From NCBI GenBank assembly GCA_052327205.1, contig CM126210.1, positions 197,842,001 to 197,906,000 on the forward strand: a DNA stretch of 64,000 bases, given 5' to 3'. Source of the DNA: Somniosus microcephalus. Taxonomy: Eukaryota. A model generated the notes under the pieces. That model was given only the letters and a program-made list of their open reading frames with translations. It did not search any database and was not told where the DNA came from. Both the position numbers and the translations under genes were made by a program. This document shows, piece after piece, positions 35,831 through 48,980 of the stretch (position 1 is its first letter; every line of letters begins with the position of its first letter).

Positions 35831-38800
35831 TTTCATTATTCTGTTTTTATGAAAAGGAATCTAGCTGATTACTGAAAATAATACATTTTCTTAATTTTAA
35901 AAACCGAAGAGCCAGACCCCCAGCAAAATTTCCTTGCAATATAAAATGTACTGCAAATCCAATTCTGTTATTTCGCTGCATGAAGTGGAGGCTGGATTTG
36001 TTGATAAATAGCCTTTGCTGCCTCTGGGCTACATTTCCCTGAGATGGAAAGGAAATGGTACAGCTTATGAGTGTGGTACCTTATATAGACTGGCACGATA
36101 CCATTTTAATTTGAGCAGTTTATTTATCTTCTGAAACACATCACCTCTAGAAAGCAGTAATCGTAGGGTTGTGTAACAATTAAAATAGTTAAACGCTTGA
36201 TGTTGATGAATAAATATTTACTATCCTTGTTTAAACCTCAGCAGCTTATTTATTCTGTCAGGCACGGCAAAGCAAACCACTAACCTATCCTGGAGTGATT
36301 AAAGGCCCAGCTGGCAGCCAGTGTAGAGAGTTTGCATCACTGTCCTTTCACTCAGTCTCCTTATACACGTTTGATCAAATAAATCCACTGTGCAGAATAT
36401 GAGGGCCTTCTATAAATTTAATTTAAGCTTATTCATACATATAAACAACTGGCCTTGAGCCTGACTTAACTTGCAAAAGTAAAGCAATATCTTGAGGTGC
36501 ACTTCCTATGACACAATGATTTTGTATGATGTCGCTGGCCGGAGTGCTGAATCAAGACAGCTATATTGATCATTACTGAATCTCACTTATTAATCCATAT
36601 TTGGAAGGTCCACATAACTTCTGAGCATTGGAAGGCTTCCAGTAAGTTGCTTATTTTTTTAATGCTTATATTTAGTTTGTTAAAATTGTGAGAAAAAGAT
36701 CTACAGCCAAAGACCACTGCTATGACATATTGAGTTGTGATGGTAATCTCACTTTAATCAATACCTTGTGTTATTGATGTCTGTGAAACTGTTAACTTTA
36801 TTTGAGGAGGGGACAGAAAATAATGTAGGAGCTTTTATGAGAAATGAACGTTTTGAGAGATAAATGGTGAGCATATTCATTTGGGTTGAAAGGAGGAAGG
36901 CCACTAGATGATGTCCCATGCAATTGTAAAAAATTAATCCAAAATGATAGTTTAATAATTGTTAGCAAAGCTCGTAATCATTTACCAAAATTAATTCTGC
37001 TTTCTAGAGCAGTATGCTCAGATAATTGCAGAAATCCATTTCGTGGACAAGCTTAAAGTACATTTGTCAATGTCCGCCGTATTGTCCAAGAAATTACAAC
37101 ACACATTTGAAAAGGTGAGAACCCTTCAATGTATCAGATACAATCACATTTTGTCCTGGAAGTACCATAATTATGAAATAAATTTATGCCAAAGTGTATT
37201 TTTATTGTAGTAATACCAATTATAATTAATGTTAACCTGGAAATTAATTCCTTTAATACTTTGTTTAAATATTTGAATTCTCCTAGTGATTTTTTAAAAC
37301 CAAAAAAATGCTTGTTCAAATTTGTCATGGTGATGTGTTCCTTGATTAATATATTTTTATTTAATTTATATTTGTTGCACTAAATAGTGGAATCACATTT
37401 TTCAATTAAAATACATAAAATTATGTATCGCACGGTTATGAGAAAAGTGTACTATTTCAACACTTACATCAGATTAGAACTGGGGGGGGGGGCGGTGGAG
37501 GGAATCAGTCATTAAAAAAAAATGGAAACTGCATTTGTCCTTCATGGTAAAGCGTGTAATGGGTCAGTATAGTTACATGCATGCTGATGTCAATTGTCAT
37601 TGAAAATCAAATAGAGCTGCTTATTGACATTCTGCCTCTAAAAATAGAGTCTGAGGATATACGGGATCATCAAATTAAAGGGCATAGGTGACAAACCAGG
37701 TGGAAGGTCACTGAGCTCATTTTGAACAGGCCAGTACCAGTTTTCCCTTAACTGAACAAAGGCTTAATTATGCAGCTTCCAAGCCTGTGATGACCAGTCA
37801 CTGTGGTCAATGCAGATTGAACTGGCAGGATACATTTCTGCTGGGAACTAACTAACTAATTGATGTCTTAATCTCTGCCTGCATTTTCAAACACAAAAAA
37901 GACATTAAAAGTGTCCTTTTATTTGAGCACTGGACATTATAACAAGGAAAACAAATTTGTGAGAAATGTAGCTTGAAAATGTTGTAATTTACACCATCAA
38001 ATCTTTCTCTGTTTATTACTTAATGACAAATGCATATATAGCAAGTTTTATTCCATATTCTAGTGGTAGATAGGTAAAGATAGAAAGAAAAGCACAAATA
38101 AAATCTGGAGAGAGCTATTAAATTTTCCAATTGTAACCTAACCACACATTGCAGGAAATGGATAATGATTGAAAGGAATACAACAACAATTAATTCAGTT
38201 CCTGAAAAATAAGAGGGATTTTTGTGCATGTTGACATTGTGTTCCTGTATAAAGCAAATGGTCAGTGTTCTGGATATTGCTCTTTCGAATCTAAAACAGA
38301 CACTGCCAAATGCAGCATCAGTACTTAACTTTTCTTACTATCATTTGCAAAGCAAATAAGTTTATGGTATTCATACCAAGCATTTCATCTTTAGTGAATT
38401 GTGAATCAGTATATTAAATGTTTTGAATCTTACAACAGTGAATTTTTTATAATTGTAAGACAACCTAGATATCTCTTGGCTCATTCAAACCTGATCTTTT
38501 TTCCCCCCAAGATAAACCAGTGACTAAAACATTTAATTCATTCTGCCATCCCAGAGTTAAAGTTTATTCAATAATTCTACAAATGTGAACAGTTTTATAA
38601 TGCTAGTGGTGATCTCCCAAAATATATAAAACCAGAGAACAAAAAAATGAAAATATCATTCATACAGATTTATTCCTGTGCAATATCAAAACATATAGCT
38701 TAACCTTTGAAATATATTTATATTCATTTTCCATTATGGTTATCTGTTACAGCTTCCACTGTTGAAACATGTTTAAAGATTTTGCAGTCCAATTCTTCAA

Positions 38801-39837
38801 AAACCAAAAGTCACAGAAAATGGGAAATAAACATTTTAATTAAAATGAAATTATTAAGACCTGGCTATGGAATTATAATACATACACACATGTGCACAGG
38901 CTGTTCATCTCACTAGCTAGCATTTTTTTCTATTTTCTTGCTACTCAATGCATACTTTGAAACCATTGTCTCCTTAGGAACAATTGGATGCCTGTATTAG
39001 CACAATGAACCACACTGGCCCATATGCATGTGCCAATAAACAGTACAATTTATATAAAGTATAAAGGTCAACCCTATGTAGACCAAAAATTAAATCAAAT
39101 TAGAAATGAATGTTTTTTATGTAGAAAATATTTCTGTGCCAATTGTTCTTTGTTTTTCATATTTAAGTATAGAAGGTTAACAGAATTTATTTACAATAAC
39201 AGTACCTGTAAATATTAAATAAATCTAAATTGCCAAATTTACATTGGTAACTGAATAAAAAAAATATTGTAAATTACACTCCAATTTATCACTTTGTTCC
39301 CTGCTGATGAGGTAGAACGGTATTTTTAGAAAATCTCAATTTTACTACAAGTAGAAGCAAACTCAGTCTCAAATATATATTCTTAAGGTTATTGATACCC
39401 TTGCTTTCCAATAGTTCCTTAATAGTTCAGTACATATTAAATACCGTAAGATGTATTTTTCAATTACAATTATGAGCACTAATTTGTTAAAATGGTAATT
39501 ATTTTTCAGATATAGATTGTGAAAATCTATCATTTAATTTCAACCACTCGAGCACAAAGGGCCAGAGTTTGAGCTTGTGGGAATAGTGGATATTGGCATA
39601 ATAGTGAATTGAAACTCATTTGAAAAATAATAATCAATATATACCATATCTACAAAATGTTGAAAAATGTGAAAGTAGAATTAAATTAACTAACCATGGA
39701 TAACCTCAAGACCATGAACTAAACCAGTGTGTTAATTAGTTGAATCTGCTTGCCAATAAAGCACGCACTGATGTATAACAGATCAACCATTGTATCAATA
39801 TGAAATGCTATGTGTTATATCTGTGTATACACACATA

Positions 39838-39977
39838 CAAACAATTAATGGATTATTTAAAAGGTTACTTATTTTCTGTTATCATGCATACCTGTTTTAT
39901 ATAACATTGTATGCATGTGTGTGTGTATGTATAAGAGAGAAACTAAGTAACCTTTTAAATAATCCATGAATCGTTTG
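39838..39977. repeat. About 140 bp fold-back palindrome
   Basis: ATGGATTATTTAAAAGGTTACTTA pairs perfectly with TAAGTAACCTTTTAAATAATCCAT; inner CATGCATAC/GTATGCATG. Confidence 0.9.
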
Positions 39978-42389
39978 AAATATTTGTTTTACTGACTAAA
40001 GACAGCAAGGCTAAAGCTTTTTCTTGTTTTAAATAAGGACTTCTTCCATAACTGTCAGAACTCCAAATTAGAGCCAGCTCATTAGCCAATCGAGTAAGTG
40101 GTGGGGAGAAAAATTGATCACAAACAATGCAAGAAAGTCACATTTTTAAAATCCCATTTAGAAAATACAATCATCAATGGAAATATATAGAACATGTATT
40201 TAAAAGAAAAATCACATTACATACTGTTAAATGCATAAGTATTCCAAAAGACCATTCAGTACTTGCAGAGTTAAGTTTTCAACCCTAGTTAATTAACAAC
40301 ATTAAAGCAATGCATTCGATTAATGCAGTATGCTTTTTCTGACATTAAGGAATATGCATTTGTACAAAATCAGCTTTAAACAGTAGCATAGAGCCAGTTA
40401 AATATTATACTGATGCACTGCCTGCAAAAATGATGGCCACTCATCACAATTTACATTAGACAATGATTCTGCATCAAGCTCTGCGGAATGGACTAAAATA
40501 TATAAATATTAAGATTTAAAGCGTAATTTTATTTGAGAGATTTTATATGACTTAAAACTAAAATGTTATATTGGAAACCTAAATATTATAGTATTTTGTA
40601 AATAAACATCTATTGCTTAAGCATGTTACATGAAAGTGCTTTCACTGATATTTTACCTCTAAGCACTAATCATCCTGTTGCAACTTTCTTCAGATAACCT
40701 CCTGTAAACATTTAATGCTGATTTTTGTTGAAGTAAAATTACAAAAACGTTGAGTGTTTCTTAATGTACAATGTTCTCTGAACTAAAACATTCAACTTTA
40801 TTCTGTAATTTATTTTAGTCATTTTGCACAGTGGCTCTACAACACATGGTCTAAAGCTAAACTTTTGACAAAGGAGTAAATTGCTTCAAGTTCCATAGTC
40901 ACAGCATTCAATTTCTCTTTCCTGCAATGTTAAAGAAACTTCCTGTCTCTCTCTCTTTGTTTCACTCCTTTTAAAGCATATTTCCACTTTGCAGAAAGTA
41001 TATTTTGTCCAACATTTTACAGCTTGTCCTTCTGATTTGCCTTTGTATTCTTTTTATTTTTGATTCCTCTAAACTGGTCTGTAATTCGGAATACTGATTC
41101 TGAGCTATTTACATTTGGATTATTTTGCTGTAAATTGCAACTAATGTTAGGTTTTAAAAAAAGTATTTAAAATTTTTTAGGTGTAACTTGATGTCTTGAT
41201 TTATGATTTTCACATTTGGTTATTTCCCCATAAACTAGAAAATATCTCCTGACGACTATTGCATTATCTATATATTCTAATCCTATATTATCTCAGAACC
41301 TCCTGTGTACAACCAATTGTGCCTATTAGAATGTTATCACTTTTTGGTCACCCACACTACTCCAATAAACTGGTACCTCATTATTTAAATCTAATTTAAT
41401 TAATATATACATACGATGGTGAGTCCTGGTAAACAGCAGCAAAATAAAACCCCATTAAAGCATTCTGTTCCATTTCACAAGACATCAATATTTTTTGTAT
41501 GCATTGTACTCTGACATATTTCAACCTTCACCATCAATAGTGCACCTCAAAAATAGTTGAAAAGCACACCAGCAAGTAAAATTGTATAAAGGGAGTGATT
41601 TCTAAGTATTAATCTAATGGTGTCATCATAACTATAGAGTGAGCACCATTCTCTCAATTTATTACTTTTATTTGAATCCCCATGATTAGATTACATCCTT
41701 TAAACTCACTCAGGAGGTGCCTACTATCCTCTTTTATTTTAATGCAGAAAAGATACTACCATCCTCAAAGGTTAGGAGGGAAAAGGGCAGTGAATCAAGA
41801 TCAAGATGCTAGATTGGTTTGAAAACTCTTTCACTTATGTAACTACACAGGCAGGATTTGCCTACTGGTAGGGTACAATGCACTGTTGCATAATTTAACA
41901 CAAATACCAGCAGTCCTGCCACACAAAGAAAACACAGTGCAATATCCTTTTTCATTACTAGTTGCTTTAAAATCTGACCCCAACTCCTCATCACCTTTCC
42001 TGCTTAATCCAAGAAACATTCCTCTAGTTTCTGCAATAATGTAGCTGGCAAATTGGAGAGTTCACAATAAAAAAAACACTTTTAATTGTCTGGCAGCAAC
42101 AAATATGCCCAATCAGTTTAGCAGTCAACCGTTGGACTTGTTGATACTGAATATTTGTAATTAAGATCAGAGATGGTAAATTGTATACTTTGGCTACTGT
42201 ATACATTATCTAAATTAAAACTCTTGCTTTCTTCTAGCTTTGTATAAACTGATGCTATAGTTCAATTACTTTCCAATTGTATGCATTATTTTTGCTATAT
42301 CTTGTATCTGTAAAAGATGTAGAATAAAATACTGTAATGTCCTCCAGTCAATATGTTGGTTGCTTAAATAGCCTTGAATATTTTATGTT

Positions 42390-42735
42390 TGAGGTGCACA
42401 GAGGATCCCATGGTTGACTCCCCATCTGTGCGGTTACCAGATATCAGTAAGAGAATTAAAATTGGCTTTAGTGCCCCGAGGTTAGGGTGGGGGAAATCAG
42501 CCAGGGTTGGGGCTCGAGAGCATTATCTAATGGCCGCTGCTGGAAGTGAACCTCTAGAGATATCACGTGAGGATAGAGTCGGTCTTGGCTATAATGCCCC
42601 CAGTGGTTGAATAACCTGTCTAACTCACTGTCAATACTCACACTTTTAGAATGACCACTTGGGTGAAGTGCAGGAGTGTGACCAGAACCATATCCTATCT
42701 GGAAGTCAGTGCCTTCAGAAAGGAGGAAATTGGTG
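42390..42735 (+). mobile_element. SINE-like family B
   Basis: Same core and 3' end (GCCTTCAGAAAGGAGGAAATTGG). Confidence 0.7.
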
Positions 42736-44399
42736 GTGTGGGGGGGGGGGGGAGGAGGAACATTAGGGTGTTAAAGCTTTGTTGAAATAAATCCTAATCA
42801 AAGTACATTTAATTACAACTGATTCATCTCAATAAGTATGTTGCTTACTGAGCAAAAATTACAACAAAACCATTTAGGTGGAATTGTAACTATATTTCAT
42901 GTGTCTATAATGCTTTTTTCCTAAGATGTTAAACTTGGAATTCTGCCCCAAGATTGAAAGTAATAGATGATTGAGTGTGATACAAGGCAGAAGTCAAAAA
43001 CTTAACTCCCTGTAGTTCTCAAATCCCTAAATCAGGTTGCATGCATTTTTGTGTAGTAATTATATATTTTTTAAAAACATATATTCTTCACCAGCTACCT
43101 TTTTGGTCCAGAAAGTCCACTCTTAATTCTCATCACATGGCCTTTTTGGGGGAAAACCATGAACCAGGGATAACGTTGTAAGCTCTGCTTTGTGATATGT
43201 TATTTTCGACCCTATGTATATGTTAAATGAATTGCTGGGTGATATCTGATGCTCTGACTTTGGGACTTGAATTTATAATATACAATCAACCTATGTTGTA
43301 AAGAGTAAGGGAAGTAAAAAGTCAGATTCAAAAAACAGCTTTTATTTTTTTAAATAGAGCAAACCTTTGAAATGAATCTCTCCTCCAGTTTGACTCAATG
43401 GGGGCTTTATTTGCAATACAAGTTATTTGGAACTTGAATGGCAGATGTCAAGCTGCTTTGTCACACTGTAGTAAACATCTCCAATCATCCTACATAGAGT
43501 ATGCCTACCAACTAGGCAAACAAAAAAAAAACTTCTATAAAACAATCTGATTTATGACCGGGAGATTCTCTTGAAGTGACCATTTTAATGTCAGCACAGT
43601 AATTTATTTAAAGCCCCGATTTATTGAAGTAACATATCAACCTTAGTTTCTCTTGGCTCGTCTATTTGATGGTACGGTTGTTATTTTGATAATTATATAT
43701 GTTAGTGCATTTACTACCACGTCAGTAACGTTTATATAGGAAATGGGCAAGTGCAGTAAAACCATCCCGCCACCCGCCCACAGTACAATACTTGTTGTAT
43801 TTATCTCCTTTTATAGAATGGGTAAACGTCGCCATAGAAACGGCAGCACCAGGATGTAGAAAATTTAAAAGGGCAACAATCCTTTACACACTATTTAAAA
43901 ATCGCCTCTTTGCGGTGTGGTTCTGCAATAGAACCATACTGAATTACGTTGAAGCTGTTTATACAACCGAACGGATAGTTTATATATACATATAATAATG
44001 TTTTTACCCCCCCCCCACACAGATGATAATCAAAGGTTCGGGTTTAATCTGGGAGACGCAGAAAGAATCATAAATAAGGTATTGCTTTGTAACCTTGGCA
44101 ACCACAAAAATAAAATGGGACCCATGCAATTGAGAGTCACATTATTCTCAGATAACAGCACCAAAGTAATATTGCAGTAAAAACTCGCACATTCTGCAGT
44201 TAAAACGCTATTTCTTTGTCCTCCCCTCACTTAATGTTAAATAAAATAATGTAACGCCCTTTTACTTCACAATTCACGGCTGCAGGACCAATTCTGTGTT
44301 CGAGTTCAAGAACTTGGAAAAACTGCATCTGCTATCGATGCAACTATTAAAGACCTTCTTTGACCGTGTAGCTTTGATTTGGAGGGGGAAAGAAAGAGT

Positions 44400-45300
44400 G
44401 TGAGTTGGAGGAATAAAACCAGCGGGGACGTGGGGGGGACGCTCTGCCACAGTCCAAGATGCCCCCTGTATTGGGTGAGGTCCCGGGGAAATCCTCAGTG
44501 AGCTGTCTTAATAAAATATCCTCTTATTTTTCCAACAAAGTGATCACGCCGCACAAAAGGGGGTTTCAACACGTTTGGAATAACGTCTCGAGTATTCCTG
44601 CGAATTCGGCATACCTCTCCTCCCGGCGAGCCCAAGAGGTTGGCGGATTTATTTATTTTAATTAATTTGATAAAGCTACTGTATCCGATATTAAACGAGG
44701 CCGCGTGTAAACGTGCAAGAGAAGACTGCTATAGCGTGCAACGCCCACCGAACCACAGTCTCTCTCTTCCCCCCCCAGCTGATTATTAGCGCCCAGGTCA
44801 GTTTTCCTTTTGCCATTTGTTCTGAAATAGTGTTCGCTCGGCCAGGAAGGCTGTGCGCCCAACAAGCCGGCCGGGGCTGCCGGGTCGCCTGAAGCCGCCA
44901 GCAGTGCTGAGTGAGTGGGAGAACCCCTATTTTTGGTCGCGGCAGACAGTGCTGTGCTGTGGGGGGGGGACAGCTGGGGAACTCGGTGTGTACACGGGAA
45001 AGTAAGAGGGGGAGGAAAAAGCTAACCTCCTGAACACACCTGACTCTACGCGTGCGAGCTTCCGGCTGATCCAATGGCTGTGGAAAAGCAGACGCCGCCT
45101 GTTACCAGGTGAGTTCCTGTATACAACATTCTTTAAATAGCCCTGTGGAAACCCGAGCCCTCAGATTGATCACACAGCGCCGTCTGCCTCGCCAATGACT
45201 CTTGCAAAATGGGCAGCAGAACTGAACCGCGGGTTCAAAATGATCATACTGCAGCTATCTTATAATAAGCAGCTCTGCTCTTCTGAACAGTGAACGCTTT
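44400..45300. promoter_or_regulatory. CpG island/promoter
   Basis: CpG-rich unique sequence; GCGTGCG, ETS CTTCCGG at about 45059, CCAAT 45071 and 45192, donor CAG|GTGAGT at 45108/45109. Confidence 0.65.
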
Positions 45301-45514
45301 TTAAACATTGAGACCTTTTATATTTGATCGTTATAGGCAAATCTATCTCTCTTTTTGTTCACGTATTCGACTTTAGACCAGGAAAAATTACATCAGAAAA
45401 ATATATATTAAAAAAAAACCTACAAAATGTTCGATTCTCCTCATGTACTAGCAGCATAATCTAATGAATAAAATTCAGCAAATCGACCATTTTGAGCAAA
45501 ATGTGTTTACGCAT

Positions 45515-45665
45515 TTAAGTGGAAGCTAGATAAGTACATGAGGGAGAAAGGAATTGAAGGTTGTCGAAAGGGTGAGATGAGGTAAGGTGGGAGGAGGCTC
45601 GTGTGGAGCATAAACACCGGTACAGACCTGTTGGGCCGAATGGCCTGTTTCTGTGCTGTAAATGC
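45515..45665 (+). mobile_element. CR1 3' tail
   Basis: Matches about 56495-56650. Confidence 0.85.
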
Positions 45666-46051
45666 TGTGTAAACGCCACTTTAACGCACACAAAGCCGTG
45701 CACATGCAAGTTAAAATGTGTTTTGTATGTATGAGACATACTGGAGTCGTTCAATGGGACCAACAGCATAATCATTGCTTTTAATGCAAAAACTGAGCTC
45801 TAGGACGTTATTGCACAGAACAATCGGCTCAAGTCGAGGAGTGAGTACTGGAACGCAGGGAGTTCTTGTGTTACACTCTGCTGGTAAAATATAATCCATT
45901 ATTAATAGCTTGAAAGAATATATACCTTGGTTTTGCAGAAGGGAAACAAATCCGTATGTCTTTCAAAAATGTGACTGGAATGTTTGCTACACGATAGTGT
46001 AACGCTGGAAGCGGCCGATCGATAGACACAAACTCCAGCATTAGAACTCAC

Positions 46052-48380
46052 CACAGAGTGAACATTGTAAAGCGCCTGGCTGTCCTAGAGATTGGAACCG
46101 TGCTTGTGACTGCTCCTGTGAGAAGCTTGAATTGCACTCAGCCGATTTATATTTGGCACAATTTAGTCCTTTTGTCTGTCTAGTGAGAAAGGTAATCGGA
46201 ACATTCAGAAATCTTTTGGGATGCAATGAGACGACAGGATTCCGTCTGGGGAAGCAATGGCCACATTTTTCGTCTAACTATAAAAGGTTGTGAACTGTGT
46301 GCAAACATTTACTGTCCTTTCATGCCAAACTGAGCAGACGTGTTAATTTCCAGGTCTCAGAGAAGAGGATGAGCTCATTCAAGATGGTTTCCTGGCCAGA
46401 CTCAGGTTGGTCGTTCTCTTTTAAAAAAAAAAAAATGTTTGTAATATATATACACACACATGTTTGTATGCCACTGAAGCACGGTGTGATCTGCATTTCT
46501 TAATTCTATAGTTTTATAAAGCAGATGATCCAACTGTACGGCGGTCAATTTTCTGACCGTCCAATGCATTCATGGCATGTCCTGAAAGTACATGATGTCC
46601 TGAAATGCAGTTAGATACTAACTGATTTAATAAATGGCGCTGAGGCGTGCACAAAGGATTGGCCCACCAAAAAAAATACATTGTAATTTGACTATTAAAT
46701 CATTCGCTTTTTAGTCGGTGCTTCTTCAGGCTTAGCTTCATTTTCAGAAGTAGTAAACGTCTTGATGATTGCACCGAAAAGCTTAAAGTACATTTCAGGA
46801 TATAACGACATTGTGGGCAACGTGGAATTAGTAGAACTGTTGCTGACTGCATAAAACTGACATTTATTTTCTCAAAACGACATCACTTGCAAAATAATGT
46901 CGTTTGGGACACTTTTGGGAGGGTGTGGGAGGTTTTTTCGAGGGGAATTCAGCCCTGAAACACAGTATAAAACTTCAGCGAATATCACATACTTGTTAGT
47001 GCGAGAAATGTAACATTAACCAACCAATTTTGTGTGCAGTCGGTGAATTCCCGTGACTTCTTCGCGGACTGGTTGTGATTTATTTTAAACCTATATGTTA
47101 GGTACAGTACTGTAACAAAAGGGGAGCTGTCACTGGGAAGCAGTTTCGATTGAAGTGAAGATGTTGGATCAGCCGCTAGATACTCGACTAAACTCACCCA
47201 CTATAGGCATGACATGCTTAATAATTGTTGTAAAGAAACATTTCGGCAAGAAAGGCTGGAAGAAAAAGGGAAGCCCATTTAGGAGGCAGCTTGTGGGAAC
47301 AGATCGGTGGCACAAGTTGGTGTCATCAGACTGCGCCGCGTCCGCAACCAAACAATACGGTTATGCTCTAGTTGCTGGTTCCATCCTTGTATCCGGTAAC
47401 TAAAAATTCAGTGTTGGAAAACAACACTTTGCATAGTTCGCCTAATTGATAACTCACAGAAACCTGCCAATTACACAGGTCGCTTCTGTCCCGCGGTAGC
47501 CAGAGTTGTTGAAAGGTTCTTCTCAAACTCACTTTATAATGGATCTAGTGGCGAGTTATTAGGACCAAAGTTACCCTGTCACTTTTGTTTCCGTTTGTAA
47601 ACTGGAACCGGGGAGAAGCTGGCGTCCTTTTTCAGTGTTCTGATGGGATTGGTGGTGATTATTTTAAGGTTCAGGTAAACTGACTGGCCTCTTTATCCAA
47701 CTGTGTGTGTGTGTGAGTGTGTAAGAAATCGAACGGAAAGTGGCAAACAAGCAGAAATGTTAAAACTGGAACGGTGTGGTGGAAGTGACCCCCGATATAG
47801 AGCTCGCCTTGGTTTCTGACACGCAGTACCCGACCGTTCACAACGAAAGGCTGAGGCACTTACTGTGTGGACTTGAGTTGCTGGGTAGGTTTTTGTGTAG
47901 AGCCAGCAGCGCTCGGTTCGGACATCCCCGACACACACAAGCGGTCTCAATCCATGGGTCGGCCTGTCAGTGAGGCCCACGCCGTCCAAACTCCTCTTTA
48001 CATGGGAGTGGGTGGCATTTTATAATCGGAATTACACCTTTAGTTACTACGGTCCACGCCCTCCCCCCGACTTGCCGCATGAAGACACATGGGCTTTTCC
48101 CCTCACCCGTGCCCTCTCTGGTCTCTTTATCAGTCTTGTAGTTACAACCGCACGGTTAGTATTCTCAGCACTCCAGCATTTCGGCTTGCTAAGTCATGAG
48201 GAACACACGGGCAACGTGTGTGTGTATAGAGTATCTAAAGGTGGTCCTTACTTGTCTGGTGGTATGCGGTTGTCTTGCTCCGGGCTGGTCGTGGTCACTC
48301 GGAGTCCATTGTGTTGACTCGATTCCAGCAGCAGTCACTCGCTCGTTCGTTCTCTCTCACTGACTCAGTCACTCCCTGCT
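46052..48380 (-). other. Short spliced minus-strand exons (about 48380-48252, 47960-47864, 47255-47198, 46115-46052) from the second CpG island; 5'UTR or lncRNA
   Basis: Donors A|GTAAGG, A|GTAAGT, G|GTGAGT, G|GTGAGT; acceptors TTTTTCTTCCAG and CTTCTCACAG; no recognisable protein. Confidence 0.45.
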
Positions 48381-48620
48381 CCAGCTCCAACACCAACCCC
48401 AGGCATCGCAAAACACTGACATCACCACCTGCCAGAGAGGGATTTCCTCAAGGCGCGTCATCCGACCAACACAGCCCTCTTAAAGAAGCAGGACCCGTCC
48501 CACCTCACTTTAAACGGCGATAGGGGACACGCTTTGAATAAGGATGGTTGGTTCATGCAAGTTTTGATTTTGAGGGTGAGGGCAAGTAGCGTTCTCCGAT
48601 AATCCCACCCTCTTGTTAGC
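47300..48620. promoter_or_regulatory. CpG island/promoter
   Basis: CpG-rich unique sequence, AP-1 TGACTCA at 48361, CRE-like GCGTCA at about 48455. Confidence 0.6.
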
Positions 48621-48822
48621 GGCCTTTTTGTTTTGGACTAAACCGAATCTCAACAAATCAAAAACGAAGCGGTTCTCTGTCTCTTTTTGCAACTCCTGTA
48701 AAGTATTTTAAGATTATTTTAAGAGGTGGGAAAGTACCTCCCGTTTGAAGATTGTTTTTGGTTTCATAACGGTGGAAGTGATGGGGGTCAGATGTCGTTA
48801 GAAGCAACAGAACATTCCTTCT

Positions 48823-48980
48823 CGAAATAACAACAGAAAACGCTGGGAAATCTCAGCGGGCCAGGCAACATCCATGGAGAACGTTAACTCTGTTTCTCTC
48901 TCCACGGATGTTGCCTGGCCTGCTGAGATTTTCCAGCGTTTTCTGTTATTTCGGATTTCCAGCATCCGCAGGATTTTGCT
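48823..48980. mobile_element. Penelope-like terminal fragment as an inverted pair (arms about 48823-48879 and 48899-48953)
   Basis: Arms are near reverse complements and match the 23328-23430 element. Confidence 0.8.

Noticed and set aside
36020-36060. Resemblance to telomerase RNA CR7 (UUCCCUGAG)
   Set aside because: No CUAACCCU template or pseudoknot upstream
36535-36550. TGGCCGGAGTGC before CTGA, complementary to U1 snRNA loop II as I recall it
   Set aside because: The D+5 rule would not point to the known methylated A70, and a 12 nt match is plausible by chance
33700-37400. Identity with Cyrano, NORAD or MALAT1
   Set aside because: No extended miR-7 site, few Pumilio elements, no triple-helix/mascRNA end seen
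43645-43765. 40-codon minus-strand ORF downstream of a TATA-like CTATAAAAG
   Set aside because: Short, with no homology recognised; cannot be supported from sequence alone
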